DNA from: Thermodesulfobacteriota bacterium | GTDB taxonomy: Bacteria; Desulfobacterota_D; UBA1144 | NCBI GenBank assembly: GCA_036337225.1 | Contig: JAYZEP010000001.1 | Span: 72,405-136,404, forward strand | Direction: 5' to 3' | DNA length: 64,000 nt | Part shown: positions 57,700 to 64,000 of the stretch, one piece after another | Layout: each line of letters starts with the position of its first letter | Numbering within the stretch: position 1 is the stretch's first letter | Translations under genes and position numbers: made by a program | The notes under the pieces: model-generated | Databases searched by the model: none | The model's input: only the letters and a program-made list of their open reading frames with translations | What the model was told of the DNA's origin: nothing

Positions 57700-59046
57700 A
57701 TGGCAAAGAAAAATGGAAAAAATGGAAAAGTTAATTACGATGCGGCTTTAAGCTACCCTTTGTTTGAAGCTATATTCAACAGAAGATCAAGAAGGTTTGG
57801 GACAGGGATGGAGCTTCCATCTGATAGTACTCTGGCACACAAATCAGATATTCCTCCAATTCCTTTAACGGAATTCCAAGAGGCAATGCTTGTATGGGCA
57901 GGGACTGGCTTAACGGGACTTTGCCTGGCAGATCTCCCCCCTGAATGTGGAATTGATTTGTTATGTCAATGGACTGGGAGAACCTGGCCATCGGCGTGCA
58001 ATAACCATGGTACTGAGTTATTTTTCACAAATGATTCGGGACTATACTGGGTTGATGTGAAAAATATGCTTCCAAAAGATAAAGAGCTTGATGTGTTTTT
58101 CAGACTTGACCAAAATGACAAAATTGAGAGATTACTCGAACTATATAGAGAAGGTTTAGTTAAGCTAGAAGACGGTAGAGCAAATCTTCCCGACAAAATG
58201 CCAGGACTATTTGATTTTAATCAATGGAATACTAACAAGGCTGGAACAACAACTTTCATCCCAGTTACTGATATAACGGAAGAATATTTAAATCTTTTAC
58301 TTCTTTACTGTAGCAGCACGTACGCTTTTAATATCTGGGATCCGAATAATGATGTTTCCTGTGGTCAAGATAAGTGGATTGAATCGGGGAGAATCAAAGA
58401 AGAAGTTAAATTATCATTGTACGATTTAGAAGTTAGAATTTTGACGGGCTTAAATGTTGAGCAAGCATTTATATGTCAAAATATGTCCTTAGCGCTCCAA
58501 GCTTTAGGTTTAGGAGGCTGGACATTTACAGGTTTAATACCAAGGTTTACCCTGGGCTCTAACCCCGAACTTTTTAAGGGTCTTGGATTCAGATTTGAAC
58601 AACCAAAAGCCGGTCCAACGCGACCAGTGGGTAAGGATGGTGTATTTGAGGCTTATTGTCCTCCATACTACAAAGACATGTCAGAGGCTTTTGATAAAAT
58701 GCATGAGCACAAATGGGCAACTTGGGGTAAAGATAAAGCTTTTCCTTACGAGGAGCCCGATAAGCACTTGGTTAAAGCGCCAAAGCCTACTGAGAGAACA
58801 ATAGAGATTGTTAAATCGGTTTCTCAGTACATATTTGATACTTACGGTTCATTTCCAGCCTTTGTCGACCCAATGTATATGAGATTGGTCTTTCAAGCGC
58901 AAAACTTAGACCTAGATTTTTACGATAAGTATTATCCACCGGGTGCTTATACTGATCAGCATGTAAATACATTTAAATATTTTAATCCTGATATGAAGAA
59001 TCCATACAAACAAAAGCCCAGCAAAAAATATCCCTGGGATAAGTAA
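57700..59046 (+). CDS. Uncharacterised 448-aa protein. Its N-terminus has a nitroreductase-superfamily-like RRSRRF motif; no further family assignment is possible from the sequence alone.
   Basis: It has a strong ribosome-binding site AGGGGGA. The sequence begins MAKKNGKNGKVNYDAALSYPLFEAIFNRRSRRFGTG. The protein is rich in W/Y/P (...YPPGAYTDQHVNTFKYFNPDMKNPYKQKPSKKYPWDK) and has no transmembrane segments. Confidence 0.6.
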   Translation: MAKKNGKNGKVNYDAALSYPLFEAIFNRRSRRFGTGMELPSDSTLAHKSDIPPIPLTEFQEAMLVWAGTGLTGLCLADLPPECGIDLLCQWTGRTWPSACNNHGTELFFTNDSGLYWVDVKNMLPKDKELDVFFRLDQNDKIERLLELYREGLVKLEDGRANLPDKMPGLFDFNQWNTNKAGTTTFIPVTDITEEYLNLLLLYCSSTYAFNIWDPNNDVSCGQDKWIESGRIKEEVKLSLYDLEVRILTGLNVEQAFICQNMSLALQALGLGGWTFTGLIPRFTLGSNPELFKGLGFRFEQPKAGPTRPVGKDGVFEAYCPPYYKDMSEAFDKMHEHKWATWGKDKAFPYEEPDKHLVKAPKPTERTIEIVKSVSQYIFDTYGSFPAFVDPMYMRLVFQAQNLDLDFYDKYYPPGAYTDQHVNTFKYFNPDMKNPYKQKPSKKYPWDK

Positions 59047-59048
59047 TA

Positions 59049-60746
59049 TTAGTTTGAACTTACAGAGTCCCAGGTGTCCTTTGTAATTCCTTCATCCCGC
59101 AACTTATTTTTTTGAACTCGGTTCGTTGGTGTCTTTGGAAGGGTATCTCTAAATTTAACGAATCGTGGAATCATAAATTTTGGCATTATCGGAGCAAGAT
59201 ACTTAATCAGTTCGGCAGGGTCTAGCTTCTTATCCTTTTTCATAATTACAACAACCATCACTTCATCCTCGGAGTACCTTCCTTGCTCGGCAACTTTTAC
59301 TGCAACGGCAGCAGCTTCTTCGATATCGGGATGCGAAGCAACAAGATTCTCAACTTCAAACGAACTAATATTCTCCCCGCGTCTTCTAATGTAGTCCTTA
59401 ACTCTATCCATAAAAAATATATAGCCATCTTCATCCATTCTGCATAAATCCCCGGTATGAAACCAGAGGTTCCTAAAATCCGCAACTGTCTTTTCAGGCA
59501 TTTTGTAATAATAGTGCAAGCATATATTGGGGATTCTTGGTCTAAGCACAAGTTCGCCGGGGGTATTCCTTGGAAGCTCTTCGTCAGTTTCCGGGTTAAC
59601 TATTTTAATTTCATATCCTGAAGATTCCTTTCCACATGATCCAACTCTAAACGCTTCCCCGGGTCTCATAAAAGTACACTGACCAACTTCGGTTAAACCG
59701 TACCCCTCCATGAATGAAATATTAAATCTCTCCATAAATTCTTCGATTATGTCATGAGGGGCGGGGCTTCCTAGGACAAGTTTTACTTTATGTTCTTTTT
59801 CTTCTGGTACAATAGGGGCGTTCCACATAAAGTAGGACATGACCCCTACTAAATTAAATTTGGTTACACCAAAGTCTTTCATCCATTTCCAAAACCTGCT
59901 CGCAGAATATTTTTCTTCTACTACAATTTTAGCACCTCTTATCATAGCTGGGTAAACACTCATAACCATGGCGTTTGAATGAAAAAGAGGAAGGCATGTA
60001 AAAATTGTGTCATCTGGCGTTATATCCATAGTATTAGAGTAATTTTGCGCTGATGAATAGTCAGCCGCGCAGGGCCTAACAACCCCTTTGGATCTTCCGG
60101 TTGTCCCCGATGTGTACATTAGTCTAGCGTGGTCCAGATGTGTTACTTCCACATTCGGTTCCGAATGAGAACCCCTGTTGATAAAATCATTCCAACCAAT
60201 GCATTGCCTTTCTTCGTATCCCATTGCATCAAAGGTGTTCTCTCCCGTCCTACTCCAAACGACAACATTTTCTATTAAAGGAATTCTTGTTTGTATATTA
60301 GCAAGTCTGTCCATATATTCTTCAGCGATAATTATCAATTTAGAATCCGAACTCTCTACGATATATTGCAAAAAGTCCATAACATAGGCGGTGTTTATTG
60401 GAACCATAACAGAGCCATTTTTGAGAATACCAAACCAGGCAAGGCATATCTCCAAAGAATTTGGCATATAGACCGATACCTTATCGCCCTTTTTAATGCC
60501 AAGAGTAGAAAGTGAATTTGCAACTTGATTGGCAACTGTATTGACCTCAGAAAATGTTAAAGCCTTGTTGTAACTAAATTGCAAGAATTCCTTGTTGGGA
60601 GCTTTAGAGGCTTGGTCTTTTAGTACTTTTGGGAGGGTCCAATTTTTTTGATCACTTTTAGTGTTCCAAAAATAGTCAAACTCATTTTCCCAGGGGTATG
60701 TTATTGGATGCGATAAGTCCTTAACCGGGTATTTCTTTTTTGGCAC
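59049..60746 (-). CDS. AMP-dependent synthetase/ligase (acyl-CoA synthetase family).
   Basis: The AMP-binding motif is MYTSGTTGRSKGV. The C-terminal motifs are GYGLTE and WFHTGDL. The protein is 565 aa. Confidence 0.85.
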   Translation of the reverse strand: MPKKKYPVKDLSHPITYPWENEFDYFWNTKSDQKNWTLPKVLKDQASKAPNKEFLQFSYNKALTFSEVNTVANQVANSLSTLGIKKGDKVSVYMPNSLEICLAWFGILKNGSVMVPINTAYVMDFLQYIVESSDSKLIIIAEEYMDRLANIQTRIPLIENVVVWSRTGENTFDAMGYEERQCIGWNDFINRGSHSEPNVEVTHLDHARLMYTSGTTGRSKGVVRPCAADYSSAQNYSNTMDITPDDTIFTCLPLFHSNAMVMSVYPAMIRGAKIVVEEKYSASRFWKWMKDFGVTKFNLVGVMSYFMWNAPIVPEEKEHKVKLVLGSPAPHDIIEEFMERFNISFMEGYGLTEVGQCTFMRPGEAFRVGSCGKESSGYEIKIVNPETDEELPRNTPGELVLRPRIPNICLHYYYKMPEKTVADFRNLWFHTGDLCRMDEDGYIFFMDRVKDYIRRRGENISSFEVENLVASHPDIEEAAAVAVKVAEQGRYSEDEVMVVVIMKKDKKLDPAELIKYLAPIMPKFMIPRFVKFRDTLPKTPTNRVQKNKLRDEGITKDTWDSVSSN

Positions 60747-61984
60747 TATTTAAATGCCTCCTCGGTTGGAATGGCAAGAAGTATCTCCATGGTCAATACT
60801 CTTATTTTGTTATCTTTAATTTCTGTTATCCCTTTAAATCCAGTCTTTTCGTATGCTTTTAAACCCGCCTCGGTTACAATTTTATCTCCACGTAATTCAA
60901 CAGTTAAAATTCCACAGTCTTTTCTTCCGCTGATTTGAGACTTTTCTTTTACTTGAAAACTACCTATAATTTTTTCATCATCTTCGTTCTGCGAATTGAA
61001 CATCGATTGTATTATGTCACTCGGATACGTTGGTGCGTCATGAGACCCTGAATTCATACCAAGGAAATATGCATATGGAATATGGTAACTAATTTCTCCT
61101 TCCACGGTAGATTTAACGGCACCACCATAACCAATAAAATTAGAAGATGGAGTATGATGAATACTTGCGTCATTAAGAGTTGCTATTTGAAGCCAACTAA
61201 AATCAACTAGACTTATAGACTTTGAAAAATTACCTTCATAGACTGCCCCTTGTTCAAATTCTTCAAAGGTTTTGCAGCGAACAATATTGCCTGGAATAGC
61301 GTCAATCTTCCCGCCAGCTTTGGCTTCAACTGGGAAACTAAAGTCATTGTTAAGATTGTTAAATTCTAAGGGTAGGTTAACTCGGTTTAGGTCAATTTTC
61401 TCTGGTTGAGATTCTAGGCTTGTCTGAGCATCTATAGTATTCCCCTTTCTAGCTCTAACCAATACTTGTCTCACATATTCAAGGACTATTTCGTCTCGTT
61501 GGTTTGTGACAGTGGTTTTAACTTGGACTGAACCATTAGATGCACCGTCCTTTTTGACTTCAATTCCCAGTACCTGCGACTTAGCGAATAAGACATCCCC
61601 TTCGAATACCGGGACCCCATACTGTAAATTTTTATAAGATAGATTTGCAATTGCATTAAATGAAATGTCGTGCACACTAAGGCCAAAGCCAACATTGAAT
61701 AAATAACCTTGATTGACAAACGCTGGATTTTCTATATTAAATTTGGTCTTCTTTAAATTTTTTTCTGGGTCTACAAGGCCAACGTCATGCATGTAAGCGT
61801 GTTCAATCGAAAGTAGATAATTTTTTTTAAATTTTTTTATGTATTCCCTATGTCTGAATGGTGTTATTTGTACCGATCCATGGTGCAAAACCTCCCCCAG
61901 AACAAAGTCTTCTATGTTCTTTGATGATGGATGTAATTGCAAGTTCCCAGTTACAAAATCAATTAGAGAGGCATCCATGTCCAA
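60746..61984 (-). CDS. Hypothetical protein, possibly a double hot-dog-fold (MaoC-like) hydratase/dehydratase. Its stop overlaps the start of the CoA ligase gene.
   Basis: It is 412 aa. The two halves each have hot-dog-like segments (for example ...LNDASIHHT..., a weak hydratase-2-like D-x-x-x-I-H). The assignment is tentative. Confidence 0.4.
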   Translation of the reverse strand: MDMDASLIDFVTGNLQLHPSSKNIEDFVLGEVLHHGSVQITPFRHREYIKKFKKNYLLSIEHAYMHDVGLVDPEKNLKKTKFNIENPAFVNQGYLFNVGFGLSVHDISFNAIANLSYKNLQYGVPVFEGDVLFAKSQVLGIEVKKDGASNGSVQVKTTVTNQRDEIVLEYVRQVLVRARKGNTIDAQTSLESQPEKIDLNRVNLPLEFNNLNNDFSFPVEAKAGGKIDAIPGNIVRCKTFEEFEQGAVYEGNFSKSISLVDFSWLQIATLNDASIHHTPSSNFIGYGGAVKSTVEGEISYHIPYAYFLGMNSGSHDAPTYPSDIIQSMFNSQNEDDEKIIGSFQVKEKSQISGRKDCGILTVELRGDKIVTEAGLKAYEKTGFKGITEIKDNKIRVLTMEILLAIPTEEAFK

Positions 61985-62034
61985 CCCTCCGCCAATAATA
62001 GATTAGTTAAGATTACTATTATTAATATTTTTTA

Positions 62035-62745
62035 TCAATTACTCTTGTGACATAAAAAGGCTATCAAAACACCGATTTCGTAGAATAACAACAAAGGTAT
62101 CAGCATAAACATCATTGATATAATGTCTGTGGTTGGAGTGAGAAGCGCTGAAACGACGCAACATATCAATATTGCATACTTTCGTTTTGATGATAAGAAA
62201 CTTGCAGACGCCAACCCGAACCTCGATAGCAAAAAGATTATTAGTGGGTACTCGAAGATTATACCGAAACTCAATATCAAGGAAGTTAAAAAGCCCAAGG
62301 TGTCACTAATATTAGGCAGTGCAGTGATTGCATCGGAAGAGTATTCATTGATTAGAATATCAAAAGCAACTGGTGCGACATAAAAAAAACAAAATGTTGC
62401 TCCCGCAAAAAACAATCCAGAGCCTAATACGATAACCAAGAAAGATGTCTTCCTTTCTTGCTTGTACAAGGCAGGTTTTATGAAACTCCAAATTTCATAA
62501 ATAATTAAAGGCATGGTACAAATTAGGCTTGCCAGAAAAGCTAGCCTGATATTAGAGGATAAGCCCTCCGCAGGTTTGGTAAAAATAACACTGGAGTCCA
62601 ACGGCAAAGATTTGTTCATAGGTAGAAGAGCAAAATCCATTAAGAAGTCTCTAAAAATGAAAGCCGGGACAAAGATAACAATTATAAACAGAAGGACTTT
62701 AATGAAGCTTTTCCTCAAAACACCAAAATGTTCCAAAAAAGTCAT
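62035..62745 (-). CDS. tatC: Sec-independent (Tat) protein translocase subunit TatC. The start is taken as the ATG at 62745 (MTFLEH...); the ORF track extends to a GTG at 62763.
   Basis: The N-terminus MTFLEHFGVLRKSF matches the TatC N-terminus (M..LEHL.ELR.RL). There are six transmembrane helices and the protein is about 236 aa. Confidence 0.85.
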   Translation of the reverse strand: MTFLEHFGVLRKSFIKVLLFIIVIFVPAFIFRDFLMDFALLPMNKSLPLDSSVIFTKPAEGLSSNIRLAFLASLICTMPLIIYEIWSFIKPALYKQERKTSFLVIVLGSGLFFAGATFCFFYVAPVAFDILINEYSSDAITALPNISDTLGFLTSLILSFGIIFEYPLIIFLLSRFGLASASFLSSKRKYAILICCVVSALLTPTTDIISMMFMLIPLLLFYEIGVLIAFLCHKSN

Positions 62746-62811
62746 TTTAGTTTCTTTTTTCACAAATAAATCTTATACCTAGCATCTCGTTTTTACAATT
62801 ATTAGTATTAA

Positions 62812-62840
62812 TTGACATTAATCGATTGCTAAAATATATT
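62812..62840 (+). promoter_or_regulatory. Putative sigma70 promoter for serA: -35 TTGACA at 62812..62817, a 17-nt spacer, and -10 TATATT at 62835..62840.
   Basis: Read directly from attgacattaatcgattgctaaaatatatt. A ribosome-binding site GGAGGA at 62858..62863 precedes a TTG start at 62869. Confidence 0.45.
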
Positions 62841-62868
62841 TTTACTTCGTAAGCCTTGGAGGATAAAT

Positions 62869-64000
62869 TTGAGAATTCTAATAACCGACGGTCTCTCTAA
62901 AGAGGGTCTCGAGCTCTTAGGCCAACACCAAAATATCGAAGTTGACGTAAGAAAAAAGACCGACAGGAAAGAACTGAAGAAAATTATTAACGATTATGAT
63001 GCTGTAATAATACGAAGCGCAACTAAAATCGATAGCGAAATCATAGAAAGTCTAGGTGACAATTTTAAATTAATCGGCCGTGCTGGGATAGGAGTCGACA
63101 ATGTTGATGTCCAGGCTGCCTCTAAAAAGGGCATTGTTGTTATGAACACTCCTTCGGCAAATGCTATCACGACTGCCGAACATACAATTGCCTTACTCTT
63201 CTCTCTTGCGAGGAATACTCCGCAGGCCTATGGCTCAATGAAAAAGAAAAAATGGGAGAGGTCTAATTTTCAAGGAAAAGAACTTTACGGAAAAGTTATT
63301 GGCATAGTTGGCATAGGGAACATAGGACGCTTAGTAGCGGAAAGAGCGATTGGGCTCAAAATGAAAGTGCTTGCCCATGATCCGTATATATCAAAAGATA
63401 CAAAATTAGATATCCCTGTTGAACTTGTAGAAATGGATGAAATATTTAAGAAATGCGACATTATTACAGTCCATACCCCACTAACCCCGTCGACTAAAGA
63501 TTTAATTTCGAAAGGTTCAATAAGCCTAATGAAAGACGGCGTGATGATTATTAATTGTGCTCGAGGTGGCATTGTAAATGAACAAGATGTATTAGAGGGT
63601 ATTGAGCAAGGGAAAATAGGCGGAGCTGCATTTGATGTCTTTGAAAGCGAGCCTCCGGATTTTAAATCACCAATTTTTAACCAGTCTGATAAAGTTATTT
63701 TTACCCCACACCTTGGCGCCTCGACTCAGGAAGCTCAAACAAAGGTCGGAGTTGCTATGGCTGAACAAATTATTGAGTATGCCAACAATGGTGTAGTTAC
63801 CAATGCTGTTAATATGCCATCAATGAGCCAGGAGGTTTTATCTAAAATACAACCATTCCTAGAGTTATCTGAAAAACTTGGGAATTTTATGGGTCAAATA
63901 TGCAAATCTGGTGTTAAAGAAATGATAGTTGAATACAGCGGAATTGTTTCAGAAATGAATGTTGCTCCTCTAACTGTATCAGCCCTCAAGGGATACCTGT
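62869..64000 (+). CDS. serA: D-3-phosphoglycerate dehydrogenase, N-terminal about 377 aa. It has a TTG start and continues beyond the right edge of the window.
   Basis: Manual translation gives MRILITDGLSKEGLELLGQ...GRAGIGVDNVDVQAASKKGIVVMNTP...GIVGIGNIGRLVAERA...HTPLTPST...ARGGIV...FTPHLGAST. These are the D-2-hydroxyacid dehydrogenase and SerA motifs. Confidence 0.85.
   Translation, partial: MRILITDGLSKEGLELLGQHQNIEVDVRKKTDRKELKKIINDYDAVIIRSATKIDSEIIESLGDNFKLIGRAGIGVDNVDVQAASKKGIVVMNTPSANAITTAEHTIALLFSLARNTPQAYGSMKKKKWERSNFQGKELYGKVIGIVGIGNIGRLVAERAIGLKMKVLAHDPYISKDTKLDIPVELVEMDEIFKKCDIITVHTPLTPSTKDLISKGSISLMKDGVMIINCARGGIVNEQDVLEGIEQGKIGGAAFDVFESEPPDFKSPIFNQSDKVIFTPHLGASTQEAQTKVGVAMAEQIIEYANNGVVTNAVNMPSMSQEVLSKIQPFLELSEKLGNFMGQICKSGVKEMIVEYSGIVSEMNVAPLTVSALKGYL

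Noticed and set aside
1-64000. A screen for mobile elements, integrases, transposases, phage structural genes, restriction-modification systems, toxin-antitoxin pairs and CRISPR-cas.
   Set aside because: No ORF shows transposase DDE, recombinase, Cas, methyltransferase-endonuclease or toxin-antitoxin signatures, and no terminal inverted repeats or regular repeat arrays were seen. The window looks like conserved core chromosome.

Overview
This window looks like an origin-proximal stretch of an AT-rich bacterial chromosome, and nearly all of it is housekeeping. The replication module is dnaA and dnaN on the minus strand, with three perfect 9-mer DnaA boxes clustered at the dnaA 5' end. dnaB is present, mnmG (gidA) is nearby, a 5'-partial mnmE runs off the left edge, and a 5'-partial serA runs off the right edge. 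Other core genes are leuS, uvrA, xth, a family-4 uracil-DNA glycosylase, murA, prmC, hisG, a pheA-hisC-tyrA aromatic amino-acid block, pabBC, the conserved yggS-proC-yggT-yggU cluster, tatC, glnD, dapL, a NAD biosynthesis block nadB-korAB-nadC-nadA, and one tRNA with a CAT anticodon. Acyl-CoA catabolism is heavily represented: an operon of acyl-CoA dehydrogenase, SCP-x-type thiolase, DUF35 OB-fold protein and MaoC hydratase. A second thiolase/DUF35 pair sits in an operon with a nitroreductase and a sirtuin. There is also an acyl-CoA ligase with a hot-dog-fold protein, and an HdrD/GlpC-like membrane Fe-S oxidoreductase. The most notable observations are listed here. (1) A coenzyme F420 signature: an Fno-type F420:NADP oxidoreductase and a CofC/FbiD guanylyltransferase flanking a groES that has no groEL. 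(2) Two tandem, extended acetoacetate-decarboxylase-superfamily paralogs that keep the FPKK Schiff-base motif, in an operon with an aldehyde dehydrogenase and a PdxH-like flavoprotein. (3) A MidA/DUF185-like methyltransferase whose conserved N-terminus is encoded upstream of any canonical start codon. (4) An uncharacterised 448-aa protein with a nitroreductase-like N-terminal motif beside a rhodanese and a SufU-like scaffold. (5) An AmiS/UreI-family channel gene with no urease or amidase partner. I found no transposase, integrase, phage gene, CRISPR array, restriction-modification or toxin-antitoxin genes, so there is no evidence of a mobile or defence island here. All calls rest on reading the supplied translations and the raw sequence by eye; no database searches were run.
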